Counted from the first letter of the stretch, positions 51,372 to 61,426 are shown. The stretch: DNA of 64,000 nt from an uncultured Acidobacteriota bacterium (GCA_963809485.1 CAWEJX010000007.1:726673-790672); one strand, 5' to 3'. The notes: a model not told the origin generated them from the sequence alone. Numbers and translations: made by a program.

Positions 51372-53024
51372 TCAACCTTCTGACCGCGCTGATTTGATTC
51401 TGTAACGCTGACATACGCCGAAAAAACGCCGACGTACGCTGAAAAGGAATTTATATATTTTTTTGTCGGCGTGTGTCGGCGTTTTGTCAGCGTACGTCAG
51501 CGTTACGGGGATTTCTTCCAGTTGATATTCCATGATGAGGCGGCGCCGGCCATCCGGGAGAGTGAAGTTATTGGAAATCTTCGCTCCCTGCAGGCGGTGT
51601 GTTATGACAACCTTCCTGTTGTCCTCATCGACCTCCAGACGGAGTTGCTTTGCCCCGAGCCGGCGCATCAAAGAGATAAACGCCTGAAGCAGGACGATGG
51701 AGGCCGAAGGATGCCGTCTTTGAGGATGCCAGCACCAATATTCAATCCGGTTCCCGGATTGCACGATATAGCCGTTCTCGATCCCTGCGACTGAAAGGGC
51801 TCTCCATCTTAAAAGGAGATCCTGCAGCAGCTTTGGATGGAAGACCAATGAAGTGGTTGTCCCCGCCAGCAAGTATAAAAAATGCCGCTTGAGGTTCGCC
51901 ATATGCTCGGCAGTATCCTGCGATCCCGAAATAAAGCCAAGAATGTTGCCGCTGTTATCTTCGGCACATAAGACAATGCTGTTCTTCTCGTTCAGCAGCA
52001 ATTTGTAGTAGCGGGTGAGGAATGAAACGCCGAGACTCTGAAAAAGGCTTTGGGCATTGTTTACACCGCAGAGATGGTGAAGCTCTGCGATCTGCCTGGC
52101 ATCCCGGGGTTTCGCCAGACGGATACGCAAGCCTGTCCCTTTTGGCTCTTGCCTGATCGCCGGGTCCTTATTCTCCGGGCGAAAACCCACGAGCGCTTCG
52201 CTCCTATGCCACAATTGCTCTGCGTTCGCTTCCACGTACGAAATCTCCGACGAGCGAATTTCCCTGCACTGGTAGAAATATTTGCCCGTGATCCCTTCCA
52301 CGCTCGGTGAGGTCGCAAGGAAGGTAATCGTTTTCGCGCCCTCTTCGGGACTGAGCATGCTGCGCACCAGCAGGTTGCGCAGCCTTGTTTTGAGCCAATT
52401 CACATTGCTGCCGATGTTCGTGGCAACCGCGCCGGGGTGAAGCGCGTTAACCGTAATGCGCGTGCCTTGCAGGCGGCGCGCAAGCGCATAGGTGAAAAGC
52501 AGGTTTGCGAGTTTGGATTGCCCATAGGCCCGGAGGCGGTCGTAGTCGTGTTCGGACTGGAGATCGTCGAAATTGACGGTGGAATTTCTGTGAGCCTCGG
52601 AGGAGACCACAACGATCCTTGCGGAGGCGCTTTTGTTCAGTTGATCCAGGAGCAGGCTGGTCAGCAGAAAATAGCTCAAATGGTTGAGGGCAAGGTTCAT
52701 TTCGAGCCCGTCGACGCTGACCTCCCGCTTTCCAAAATAGGCTCCGGCATTGTTGATCAACACATCGAGCCGTGCATAGCGCGCTGCAAACTCTCCCGCG
52801 AGGCGCCGTATCTGTTGTTGGGATGAAAGGTCGGCAACCACATAATCCAGACGCGCATTGGGAGCGGTCCGTCTGATCGCATCGATCCGGCGAACGCATT
52901 TGCGGGCGTTGCGGCCCACAATCACCACGGTGCCTCCGAACGATGCCAGCTGTTGTGCAGCAGCCGCACCGATGCCGGAAGTGCCTCCGGTAATCAAATA
53001 AATCCTATCGGCGATTTCGGTCAT
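51372..53024 (-). CDS. SDR (retinol-dehydrogenase-like) fused to a GNAT-like domain
   Basis: ITGGTSGIG, INNAG, YGQSK, LHPG; then IRLAKPRDARQIAELH..LRLEVDEDN; the last ~44 aa read through a whole repeat A. Confidence 0.82.
   Translation of the reverse strand: MTEIADRIYLITGGTSGIGAAAAQQLASFGGTVVIVGRNARKCVRRIDAIRRTAPNARLDYVVADLSSQQQIRRLAGEFAARYARLDVLINNAGAYFGKREVSVDGLEMNLALNHLSYFLLTSLLLDQLNKSASARIVVVSSEAHRNSTVNFDDLQSEHDYDRLRAYGQSKLANLLFTYALARRLQGTRITVNALHPGAVATNIGSNVNWLKTRLRNLLVRSMLSPEEGAKTITFLATSPSVEGITGKYFYQCREIRSSEISYVEANAEQLWHRSEALVGFRPENKDPAIRQEPKGTGLRIRLAKPRDARQIAELHHLCGVNNAQSLFQSLGVSFLTRYYKLLLNEKNSIVLCAEDNSGNILGFISGSQDTAEHMANLKRHFLYLLAGTTTSLVFHPKLLQDLLLRWRALSVAGIENGYIVQSGNRIEYWCWHPQRRHPSASIVLLQAFISLMRRLGAKQLRLEVDEDNRKVVITHRLQGAKISNNFTLPDGRRRLIMEYQLEEIPVTLTYADKTPTHADKKIYKFLFSVRRRFFGVCQRYRIKSARSEG
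51403..51505. repeat. Family A palindromic repeat (inside the 3' end of the CDS)
   Basis: taacgctgacatacgccg..gtcagcgtacgtcagcgtta. Confidence 0.92.
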
Positions 53025-53164
53025 CTGGCTTTGTCCGCTCCATAACTCAAATACTCCGCCGCCTCCGGGGGCGCGTGCTCACCGGCCGATGATGGGCCTG
53101 GCGCCAAGCGGCGGACCCGGAGCTTCGGAACCCTTACCCATTGACTCATTCCGGGGGAGGTGCT

Positions 53165-54148
53165 ATGTCTATGAGCAAGATACCTATGGAGTTTACCAAA
53201 GACGTTCTAAAAATCGACTGCGAATCCGAGGCCGAAAGGATATCCGCGTTCATCAAAGACCAGATGCGTTCCATGCATCGGGAAGGGATCGTCATCGGTC
53301 TGAGCGGCGGCGTGGATTCGGCCCTGGCGGCAGCTTTGTCGGTTAAGGCAATCGGCAGGGAGAAGGTCCTGGGTCTGCTGCTTCCTGATAAGGAATCGAG
53401 CCCTCAGAGCGCTGAATTTGCCCTGAAGCAGGCTGCGCAACTCGGCATAGGGACACAATTGTCCGACATCACCCCGGTCCTGGAGGCATTCGGGAGCTAC
53501 GGGAAGCGGGATGCCGTAGCGAGGTCGATCTACCCCGAATTTGCCGAAGGGCATAAGCTGAAGATCACCCTGCCCTCGGACCTCCTGAACAGGGAAAGCC
53601 TCAACTACTTTACCCTGACGGTCGTCGCTCCCGACGGGAGCACGCGAAGCACGCGCCTCGACAGCGAGCACGCGCGGGGCATCATCGCCGCAACCTGCAC
53701 CAAGCACAGGACGCGGATGATGACCCAGTACTATTTCGCCGAAACGATGAACTACCTGGTCTGCGGCACGACGAACCGGAGCGAAGCCGCGCAGGGGCTG
53801 TTCGTCAAATATGGCGACGGGGGAGTGGATATCGAGCCCATCGTCCATCTTTACAAGAACCAGGTATTTCAACTGGCGGAGCATCTGGGCGTCATCCGCG
53901 AAATACTCGAACGCGCCCCGTCCCCGGATACCTACAGCGCGCCCACTACGGACGAAGAATGGTATTTCCGCATGCCCTTCGCGAAGCTCGATCTATTGCT
54001 CTATGCCTGGGAGAACCAGGTCGAAATTTCCGAGATCTGCCGGGTCATGGAGCTGACCGAGCAGCAGGTGAAGAGGGTTTTCAGGGATTTCGCCAACAAA
54101 CATAACGCAACCAGGCATCTTCGCGGCATGCCGCCGGCCCTGGAGTAG
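53165..54148 (+). CDS. nadE: NH3-dependent NAD+ synthetase-like protein
   Basis: GLSGGVDS, KHRTRM, GTTNRSE, FVKYGDG, HLYK, PSPDTYS. Confidence 0.85.
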   Translation: MSMSKIPMEFTKDVLKIDCESEAERISAFIKDQMRSMHREGIVIGLSGGVDSALAAALSVKAIGREKVLGLLLPDKESSPQSAEFALKQAAQLGIGTQLSDITPVLEAFGSYGKRDAVARSIYPEFAEGHKLKITLPSDLLNRESLNYFTLTVVAPDGSTRSTRLDSEHARGIIAATCTKHRTRMMTQYYFAETMNYLVCGTTNRSEAAQGLFVKYGDGGVDIEPIVHLYKNQVFQLAEHLGVIREILERAPSPDTYSAPTTDEEWYFRMPFAKLDLLLYAWENQVEISEICRVMELTEQQVKRVFRDFANKHNATRHLRGMPPALE

Positions 54149-54193
54149 CGGAGGCCGGTCGTGGGCGGGTCGGTTGGCGCCTGCTCCCCGTGT

Positions 54194-55213
54194 TCATTCC
54201 TTTTCCCGTTCGGCATTCAGTCCGTAGATCTCCGGAACCTCCCTGGCCAGAATGGGAGCGAGGTGCAGGTATCGTGTCGCCGCGCGCTTTTTCTCGATAT
54301 CCCTGTAGATGGAGCCGACGCGTTCCGGCGAAAGGCCTGTGCGCCGCCCGACATCCTCCGGGCTGAGGCCGTGGTTTTTCCCGTAAAGGCAGACGTCCAG
54401 GACCTCATAGGGAACGGAAAAGTAGAACTCGTCCTGGCTCTGCGGCAGGGAATACGTATCTGTCGTCGGAGCTCTCCGGATGATGGCTTCCGGCAGACCC
54501 ATATGCCGGGCCAGCTGGTAGACCTGGGTTTTATACAGGTGGGCGATAGGCTTGACGTCGGCCGCCCCGTCGCCCAGCTTGACGAAGAACCCCTGGTCGT
54601 ATTCCAGGCGGTTTTGTGTGCCGGCGACGGCATAGTTGTTCAAGTCGGCGTAATAATACTCGAGCATCTTCCTGGTCCGCTGCTTGAAATTGGTCGCCGC
54701 GACGATGGCCAGGTAGGACTTCAGATCCAGCCGCTGCTTCACCACCCGGCCGTCCGGCGGCGAGGCTACGATGGAGAACAGGGAGTAGGGGCGGTCCTCG
54801 GATATATCCGGCAGCACAATCTTGGATCGCCAATCCCGGCCGTAGCCGGGGATGACGGCCCGGACGGCCTCATCGTATTTTTCGTAATATCCGGCCGCTT
54901 CGAGCATGGCGGTGATGTCCAGGTGGACGGTCTGGATCCCGAGATGCCCGGCGATCATGGAGCTGAGCTCCGCCGTGTCGTTCGCCGATTGCCTTTCGGG
55001 CATCTGGAGGCCGAGGACCCGGTCCTTGCCGACGGCCGCGGCGCACAGCGCGGCCGTGACGCTGCTGTCGATGCCTCCCGAGATGCCCAGCACCAGGCCC
55101 CGTTTATGAAGCAGGTCTCTCAGCGCCTGTCTTACCGACTGCGATATCGCCGCGGCTTCGGCCGCGCAATCGATCTCGAGCAGGCCGGGCGCGACGGAGC
55201 GCTCATTGCCCAT
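54194..55213 (-). CDS. nadE: NH3-dependent NAD+ synthetase-like protein (second paralog)
   Basis: GISGGIDS, ATNFKQRTRK, GTQNRLE, FFVKLGDG, HLYK, PTTDTYS. Confidence 0.88.
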   Translation of the reverse strand: MGNERSVAPGLLEIDCAAEAAAISQSVRQALRDLLHKRGLVLGISGGIDSSVTAALCAAAVGKDRVLGLQMPERQSANDTAELSSMIAGHLGIQTVHLDITAMLEAAGYYEKYDEAVRAVIPGYGRDWRSKIVLPDISEDRPYSLFSIVASPPDGRVVKQRLDLKSYLAIVAATNFKQRTRKMLEYYYADLNNYAVAGTQNRLEYDQGFFVKLGDGAADVKPIAHLYKTQVYQLARHMGLPEAIIRRAPTTDTYSLPQSQDEFYFSVPYEVLDVCLYGKNHGLSPEDVGRRTGLSPERVGSIYRDIEKKRAATRYLHLAPILAREVPEIYGLNAEREKE

Positions 55214-55448
55214 GTTTCTTCCTCAGAAACGCGCAGATGCTGGAGATCGAGTCGAGGTTCTCCGGAAGCAGCTCATCGTCATTCACTTTGATGTGGTAGG
55301 TGTTTTCGAGAAAGGAAATGAGCTCGAGGACGCCGGTGGAGTCCATGGTCCCCGTGCCCATCATCGAATCATCGGGCTTAAGTCTGGTGTCGTCACCGAG
55401 CAGGAACTTGTCCACGATAAATTTCCGGATTTCGGTTTCATATTGCAT
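55203..55448 (-). CDS. Acyl carrier protein
   Basis: GTMDSTGVLELISFLE..ENLDSI; overlaps the nadE start. Confidence 0.92.
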   Translation of the reverse strand: MQYETEIRKFIVDKFLLGDDTRLKPDDSMMGTGTMDSTGVLELISFLENTYHIKVNDDELLPENLDSISSICAFLRKKHGQ

Positions 55449-55486
55449 AGTGGTTGCCTTTGATCTGCAGATGCCTGCGCATAATC

Positions 55487-57055
55487 CTATTCATGCACTT
55501 CGTGCATATATATTTGGATAGCCCTTTTTCGGTCCGGTTTCCCGCTGGTCATCTTGGGGATGGCTTCGACGAGTTTCAGGCTGTCGGGGACCTTGTGCCT
55601 GGGAAGCCTGGCTGCGCAGAACTTGAGGATGGCCGCCAGCGTATCCCGGGACGGGCGGACAGGGACGGCCAGTCCGGCCAGCCGTTGTTCCTTTAACGGA
55701 TCAGGAACCCCGAAAATCAGGCACTCGGCGGCCAGGCCGGATTCGATGATCTTATCCTCGATCTCCTGGGGATCGACCCGGTGCCCGGCGATCTTGAGTT
55801 GATCGTCCTTGCGGCCCGTAATGAAAAAGTAATTGTCATTGTCCCGATAGCCCAGGTCTCCCGTATGGTAGCCGTGGGAACCGAGAGCCTTTTTGGTCGC
55901 ATGCCCGTCTTTGAAGTATCCGAGCATTATGTTATCGCCCCGCGCGACCAGTTCGCCTGTTTCGCCGGGGCCCAGGATTTTTCCATCGGGCGAGATTACG
56001 CTCAAGGTGACCCCGGCTATGGGGATGCCGATCGAATCGATCTTGTAGGTGAGGCGCTCCGGCGGGACGTAGGTCAGCCGGGCGGAGGCTTCCGTCGCTC
56101 CATACATGACGAAGAGGCGTGTATGGGGCGGCAGGATCTTCAGGAGCTCGAGTTTGATGTGCGTGGGCATGTGGCCGCCCGCCTGGGAGACATACCGGAG
56201 TTTGGGCAGCTTGTCACGATAGGCGGCAAGGGGCGACCGGAATAAAAGGTGGGCGTAGGTGGAGGGGACTCCGGAGAATCCTGTGACGCCTTCCTCGGCC
56301 ATCTGTCTCAAAACGGCGGCGGTGTAGGCGAATGCGTTATTGATGACGATGGATCCGCCGGCCGCGAAGTGGGTATTGAGGAGGGACCGGCCCATGACAT
56401 AAAAGAATGGCAGAACGACCATCTGGACATCATCGGGCGTGAGGCTCAGGTATTCGACGATAGAGCGGGTATTGGCCTCGATATTGGCGTGGGAGAGCAT
56501 GACGCCCTTCGGCTTGCCCTGCGATCCGGACGTGTAGATGATTTCGCTGCAGGATTGCGGGCTGATATCCACGCCGGGATTGCTGTCGGTTTGGGCGGCC
56601 AGCTCCTCCTGGAAGGACGAGGCGGATCCGGATGCCGCTGCCGGGGGATTTTGGCTCAGGGCCAACAGGCGGCAGTGCCGAAAGAGCGACGGGTCGAGCG
56701 CCTGAACGGTCTTTTCCAATTGGGGCGAAGCGATCAGGGCTTTGGGCTCCAGCTCCTTCAGCAGAATTGCCAGGCCTTCGGGTTTGATATCCGTGTCGAG
56801 GGCGACGGCCGTTGCGCCGGATTTGAGTATGCCGTAGTAGCAGAAGACGTGTTCGATGCTGTTCTCGCATAGGAGGACGATGCGGTCTTCCGGGCGGACG
56901 CCTGCCGCAATGAGGACCCGGGCCAGGCGGTTGGCCCATCCGTTGATCCAGGCAAAATCCACCCTGCGCTTCGCCTGGACGACGGCGATCTTCCGGGGGA
57001 AGAGTTCGGCGCTCCGTTCAAGAAAATGGTGTACAAGGCGCGGTGTGGGTTTCAT
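55487..57055 (-). CDS. Class I adenylate-forming enzyme (acyl-CoA/acyl-ACP ligase)
   Basis: IYTSGSQGKPKG, YGATE, TGDLG, GRKDD, PKMTSGK. Confidence 0.92.
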   Translation of the reverse strand: MKPTPRLVHHFLERSAELFPRKIAVVQAKRRVDFAWINGWANRLARVLIAAGVRPEDRIVLLCENSIEHVFCYYGILKSGATAVALDTDIKPEGLAILLKELEPKALIASPQLEKTVQALDPSLFRHCRLLALSQNPPAAASGSASSFQEELAAQTDSNPGVDISPQSCSEIIYTSGSQGKPKGVMLSHANIEANTRSIVEYLSLTPDDVQMVVLPFFYVMGRSLLNTHFAAGGSIVINNAFAYTAAVLRQMAEEGVTGFSGVPSTYAHLLFRSPLAAYRDKLPKLRYVSQAGGHMPTHIKLELLKILPPHTRLFVMYGATEASARLTYVPPERLTYKIDSIGIPIAGVTLSVISPDGKILGPGETGELVARGDNIMLGYFKDGHATKKALGSHGYHTGDLGYRDNDNYFFITGRKDDQLKIAGHRVDPQEIEDKIIESGLAAECLIFGVPDPLKEQRLAGLAVPVRPSRDTLAAILKFCAARLPRHKVPDSLKLVEAIPKMTSGKPDRKRAIQIYMHEVHE

Positions 57056-57078
57056 GCCTGTTTCGGCCAAATTTATGA

Positions 57079-57182
57079 TTAACGCTGACGTACGCCGACA
57101 AAACGCCGACCTACGCCGAAAAAGAATTTATATATTTTTTTGTCGGCGTACGTCGGCGTCTTGTCAGCGTAAGTCAGCGTTA
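57079..57182. repeat. Family A palindromic repeat
   Basis: ttaacgctgacgtacgccgacaaaacgccgacctacgccgaaaaagaatttatatattttt..gtcagcgttaa. Confidence 0.92.
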
Positions 57183-57205
57183 ATATCATCCGTAACGTTC
57201 CGCGT

Positions 57206-57607
57206 TCAACTCAGTATGTGCGCGCCGATCCGTTGTATGGCGCGGAAGCGCTGATCATAGGTAATGACGGTGGCCCCTTCTCTTGCCGCGACGGAAGCGA
57301 TCCATATGTCGTTGGTGGGCAGGGGCGTGCCGGCCCGGCGAAGCGCCACGATTATTTCGGAATAAATGCGGGAGGCGGCATCATCCACGTCGAGGACCCG
57401 GACCAGCGGATGGCCGAGGAACCGGCTCAATTCGTCTTCATTTTCCTGTGCGCGCCCTCCGAGGAGAAAGCCCGTCCTCAGTTCTCCCAATACAACCGAA
57501 GGGATACCCACCCATTTTGCGGCTGCGATGATGGAAACGGCGGAGGAGTCTCCGCGCATGAAGTGGCTATAGGCGGATGTGTCCAGGCAAACGCGGTTCA
57601 TTGCCAA
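57206..57607 (-). CDS. vapC: VapC PIN toxin
   Basis: CLDTSAYS, VLGELRTG, PTNDIWIA, TYDQRF. Confidence 0.92.
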   Translation of the reverse strand: MAMNRVCLDTSAYSHFMRGDSSAVSIIAAAKWVGIPSVVLGELRTGFLLGGRAQENEDELSRFLGHPLVRVLDVDDAASRIYSEIIVALRRAGTPLPTNDIWIASVAAREGATVITYDQRFRAIQRIGAHILS

Positions 57608-57861
57608 TGTTCTTCGTCGATGCGTTCGAAAACGGCTGTTGCCTTCTCAAAGTCGTCGAATTCCTTCTGATTCCAGGAGCCGGCAAGTTTTTCGAGGCCA
57701 TTTCCGCCTTTTGAGGACCATCCCAGATTCAAAGCTTGTTTCAGCAATTCGATCACGGTTTGATTCATGGACTTACCGCGGCGGTTCTTTTCCTCCTGCA
57801 GCGCCTTGGCCACTTCCTCCGGCAGCTCTCGAATTGTCAGGTAGCTCATATATGGTGTCAC
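57598..57861 (-). CDS. Antitoxin (FitA-like RHH)
   Basis: LTIRELPEEV..KSMNQTVIELL..LAGSW..IDEEHW; overlaps vapC. Confidence 0.85.
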   Translation of the reverse strand: MTPYMSYLTIRELPEEVAKALQEEKNRRGKSMNQTVIELLKQALNLGWSSKGGNGLEKLAGSWNQKEFDDFEKATAVFERIDEEHWQ

Positions 57862-57935
57862 CCGCCCAATGCATTCAACATATGCATTCTATGACTACAT
57901 ATAATTGTAGTCAACAATAATTTTTTAACGCTGAC

Positions 57936-58319
57936 CTACGCCGACAAAACGCCGACGTACGCGGCGAGCAGCGTGATGAGCAGGGCGGGTTTGGGTTTGC
58001 GCCAGGAGGCATTGCCGAAGCGTATTTTCTCGGACCAGTCATCCGCGGGCAATCCCAGCATTCTTCTGCTCCTGTCGGACGCGTAGGTGCCGTCGCGCAG
58101 GAGGGCGGCCCAGTGGGAGCCCGGGAAAGCTCCCGGGTCCTCGTACAGTCCGGAGAGAGCGGCGCTGAAGGGCAGGAGAAAGTTTTCCGGGACGTTGGCT
58201 TCGCGCGCCCGGACCAGGGCGTTGATGTGCCGCAGCGTTTTGAAGCTCTCGCCGCGCAGCATCTTCCCGTGCTTCCGAACCAGCTCAACAATAATCTCGC
58301 CCTGTAGGGTGGTGATCAT
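57936..58319 (-). CDS. Hypothetical protein (possibly truncated)
   Basis: 127-aa ORF between repeats B and A; ends inside a family A arm (57925-57965). Confidence 0.5.
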   Translation of the reverse strand: MITTLQGEIIVELVRKHGKMLRGESFKTLRHINALVRAREANVPENFLLPFSAALSGLYEDPGAFPGSHWAALLRDGTYASDRSRRMLGLPADDWSEKIRFGNASWRKPKPALLITLLAAYVGVLSA

Positions 58320-58373
58320 AGAAGCTCATTGAACGTTTGAACGTGTGAACGTTCAACGTTCCAACGTTCCAGC

Positions 58374-58540
58374 GCTGATTTGTGCTGGGAAACGCAGAAT
58401 AGCGCTTATCACGAATGTGGTTTTGTCGGCGTTTGTCAGCAGGGGTCAGCGTTCGTCAGCGTTAAATTATTTCCTTCCCGAATGCCACCATGCCACTTCC
58501 ACGAAACATCCCGAGCGCCGTGCAACGTTCCAACGTTCAA
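58374..58540. repeat. ~165-bp conserved downstream module, copy 1
   Basis: Degenerate family A + aaattatttccttcccga..catcccgagcgccgtgcaacgttc; highly similar to 62446-62620. Confidence 0.85.
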
Positions 58541-59466
58541 CGTTTCTTGGTTTCTCTCATCCACTGCGTGAGGTCATCGATCGAGGAGAAATCGAGCAGC
58601 GCTTCTGCGAGGCCTTCGAGTTTCCGGGTGGAGAGTTTGCGGACCGCTTTCTCCTGTGAAGTGGACAAGGCCCCCAGTCGCCGGGCAAGTTGTCTTATTA
58701 CAATCTCCGCTTCACCTTCCCGCCGACCTTGCCGCAGACCCTCATACTTTCCCATTTCAATAAACGGATTTGTCAGATTCATAACCGCCTCTCTTGCGGA
58801 ATCTGGTTTAACTTTACCGAGTTTGCGCCTTAATTGCAAAGTTTGCTGAGGGGTCAACGTTTGGTACTTCGCAAAAAAATTGGTTACAAGTTTCTGATCC
58901 TCTTCTTCGATGGGTGTCTCTGCCAGGCTTACGATAAAGTCACGAGTCAAGCGAACGGACTCCTGGGGATTGCTCTTCATTCTGGCGGCAAGCGCGAGGG
59001 CGGCCGGATTATGCATCTGCACAAACGATCCGGCATCCATTTTTGGCAGGTCGATCACATCATAGTCGAATTGCAGCACTCGTTTATTGGGGAAGCGGAT
59101 TTCCAGCGGAGCATCTAAGCCGGCAACGGATTGTTTATGGCTTAAAACGGCAATTGGGTATACCGGCAGGTCATATTCCCGCCAGTCAAGCAGCCAATAC
59201 TCCAGCATTCTTCGGGCAAGATCGGGATCGGGTTGTGCCTGGTGTTCAAAATGGATGAGAAATCCGGCCGTTTCTCCCCGAAAGCAGGCTTTGGCGAGCA
59301 GATCTCCGGTTCTTTTCCTGCCGTCGGCTGTTATTCGCTCTTTGTCAACGAATTCCAGGCTGCCAAAATCAATAAATTCGCCAACTTGCGGCAAAAACGC
59401 GTCAAAGAAGCCTTTAAAAATTGCCGGCCGCTTGAGCAGTGTCTTAAAAAGCGCATCGTGGTTCAT
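58537..59466 (-). CDS. Rpn-family (Transposase_31-like) nuclease with C-terminal DUF4351-like domain
   Basis: HDALFKTLL, RTGDLLAK..LIHFEHQ, PVYPIAV, EGxREG repeats, LEGLAEALLDFSSIDDLTQW. Confidence 0.88.
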   Translation of the reverse strand: MNHDALFKTLLKRPAIFKGFFDAFLPQVGEFIDFGSLEFVDKERITADGRKRTGDLLAKACFRGETAGFLIHFEHQAQPDPDLARRMLEYWLLDWREYDLPVYPIAVLSHKQSVAGLDAPLEIRFPNKRVLQFDYDVIDLPKMDAGSFVQMHNPAALALAARMKSNPQESVRLTRDFIVSLAETPIEEEDQKLVTNFFAKYQTLTPQQTLQLRRKLGKVKPDSAREAVMNLTNPFIEMGKYEGLRQGRREGEAEIVIRQLARRLGALSTSQEKAVRKLSTRKLEGLAEALLDFSSIDDLTQWMRETKKR

Positions 59467-59537
59467 GGCAACACTCCGATGCACTTACTGTTTCGCCGCC
59501 GCCTCTCCTATTTTACTCAAAACAACCAATAGGTTTA

Positions 59538-59615
59538 GTGAGGGCGGGTCTCCAGACCCGTCCGGTAAACGCTAACCAGCCATTCCCCCATCGGACGGCT
59601 CTGGAGAACTGTCCT
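59538..59615. repeat. Family C REP-like inverted doublet
   Basis: gtgagggcgggtctccagacccgtcc..atcggacggctctggagaactgtcc. Confidence 0.8.
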
Positions 59616-59665
59616 TCACATGAAATGGCGGGAGCTGCTCCGTTCAACGTTCAAATCTGTCTGTG

Positions 59666-59998
59666 TTAGGGCAAGAGTTCAATCAGTTTGTCTCCTGCCG
59701 CCAGCCTTTGCAGGATAGAATCAAGGGCAGATGAAAAGGTGATCAGCAATGTGGATTTTCGACAATTTCCCAGACGAACCCAAATTATGGGAGGCGCGCA
59801 TAACCCCAAAGCAGCCAGGACTCCAAAATCCGCATCCTTGGTGATGATCACAAATTTGTTTTGGTCGGCGTGATCAACAATGGCTTGATCGGGGGCCTGA
59901 TCAAGGTTGAGATCCGATACATGACGCGCCTCAAAACCGCTCTCCTCGAGGAATGCTCTGAGGGCAATGGGAAGTTGTTGGTCTATGAGGAACTTCAT
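59666..59998 (-). CDS. DUF5615 PIN-like toxin
   Basis: MKFLIDQQLP..DQAI..IITKDADF..IIWVRLGN. Confidence 0.9.
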   Translation of the reverse strand: MKFLIDQQLPIALRAFLEESGFEARHVSDLNLDQAPDQAIVDHADQNKFVIITKDADFGVLAALGLCAPPIIWVRLGNCRKSTLLITFSSALDSILQRLAAGDKLIELLP

Positions 59999-60237
59999 CC
60001 TACCTTCAGGAGTGTATGATTGGATTGAGCGGCGGCATAGGCGAGGGCAGCTCGAATATCATCCGCTTCCAGGAACTCGTAGTCCGCGAGTATCTCCTCT
60101 TCGGTCGCACCGGATGCCAGCAACTCGAGCACATCACTTACGCGCATGCGCATTCCCCGAATGCATGGTCGTCCCCCACATTTGCCGGGCTCTATAGTAA
60201 TTCTGTCCAAAAGTCTTTCTGAATCCTTCATTGGCAT
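59995..60237 (-). CDS. DUF433 antitoxin
   Basis: RITIEPGKCGGRPCIRGMR..EEILADY..DDIRAALAYA. Confidence 0.92.
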   Translation of the reverse strand: MPMKDSERLLDRITIEPGKCGGRPCIRGMRMRVSDVLELLASGATEEEILADYEFLEADDIRAALAYAAAQSNHTLLKVG

Positions 60238-60438
60238 ATTATACCCCACTCCGAACAATGGGATCGTGCGGATTATGCTTGCTATAAATACATAAAGTTA
60301 CGAATTGAAAAATAATCGGCGGCCTTTTTAGGCGTCTTTTCTACGTGGCAACATCCATAACTTTTACTTCCCGAGCTTTTTCCAATCCGCCCCATCAGCA
60401 CATCCCGAGCGCCGTGCAACGTTCAAACATGCCAACGT

Positions 60439-61356
60439 TCAACGTTTCCTGTTGTCTCTCATCCACTGCGTGAGGTCATCGATCGAGGAGAAATCGAGCA
60501 GCGCTTCTGCGAGGCCTTCGAGTTTCCGGATGGAGAGTTTGCGGACCGCTTTCTCCTGTGAAGTGGACAAAGCCCCCAGTCGCCGGGCGAGCAGTTTTAT
60601 AACAATCTCCGCTTCACCTTCCCGCCGACCCTCATACTTTCCCATTTCAATAAACGGATTTGTCAGATTCATAACCGCCTCTCTTGCGGAATCTGGTTTT
60701 ACTTTACCGAGTTTGCGCTTTAATTGCAAAGTCTGCTGTGGGGTCAACGTTTGGTACTTCGCAAAAAAATTGGTTACAAGTTTCTGATCCTCTTCTTCGA
60801 TGGGTGTCCCTGCCAGGCTTACGATAAAGTCACGAGTCAAGCGAACGGACTCCTGGGGATTAATCTTCATTCTGGCGGCAAGCGCGAGGGCGGCCGGGTT
60901 ATGCATCTGCACAAACGATCCGGCATCCATTTTTGGCAGGTCGATCACATCATAGTCGAATTGCAGCACTCGTTTATTGGGGAAGCGGATTTCCAGTGGA
61001 GCAGCTAAACCGGGAACGGATCGTTTATGGCTTAAAACGGCAATTGGGTATACCGGCAGGTCATATTCCCGCCAGTCAAGCAGCCAATATTCCAGCATTC
61101 TTCGGGCAAGATCGGGATCGGGTTGTGCCTGGTGTTCAAAATGGATGAGAAATCCGGCCGTTTCTCCCCGAAAGCAGGTTTTGGCGAGCAGATCCCCGGT
61201 TCTTTTTCTGCCGTCGGCTGTTATTCGTTCTTTGTCAACGAATTCCAGGCTGTTAAAATCAATAAATTCGCCAACTTGCGGCAAAAACGCGTCAAAGAAG
61301 CCTTTAAAAATTGCAGGACGCTTGAGCAGTGTTTTAAAAAGCGCATCGTGGTTCAC
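60439..61356 (-). CDS. Rpn-family/DUF4351 protein, second near-identical copy
   Basis: Aligns end to end with 58537-59466 with a few substitutions and a 12-bp (LRQG) deletion; GTG start. Confidence 0.88.
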   Translation of the reverse strand: MNHDALFKTLLKRPAIFKGFFDAFLPQVGEFIDFNSLEFVDKERITADGRKRTGDLLAKTCFRGETAGFLIHFEHQAQPDPDLARRMLEYWLLDWREYDLPVYPIAVLSHKRSVPGLAAPLEIRFPNKRVLQFDYDVIDLPKMDAGSFVQMHNPAALALAARMKINPQESVRLTRDFIVSLAGTPIEEEDQKLVTNFFAKYQTLTPQQTLQLKRKLGKVKPDSAREAVMNLTNPFIEMGKYEGRREGEAEIVIKLLARRLGALSTSQEKAVRKLSIRKLEGLAEALLDFSSIDDLTQWMRDNRKR

Positions 61357-61426
61357 GGCAACACTCCGATGCACTTACTGTTTCGCCACCGCCTATCTTA
61401 TTTCACCAAAACAACTAATAAGTTTA

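Noticed and set aside
58537-61356. Rpn genes as IS transposases
   Set aside because: No terminal inverted repeats, target duplications or DDE motif; the family is PD-(D/E)XK-like.
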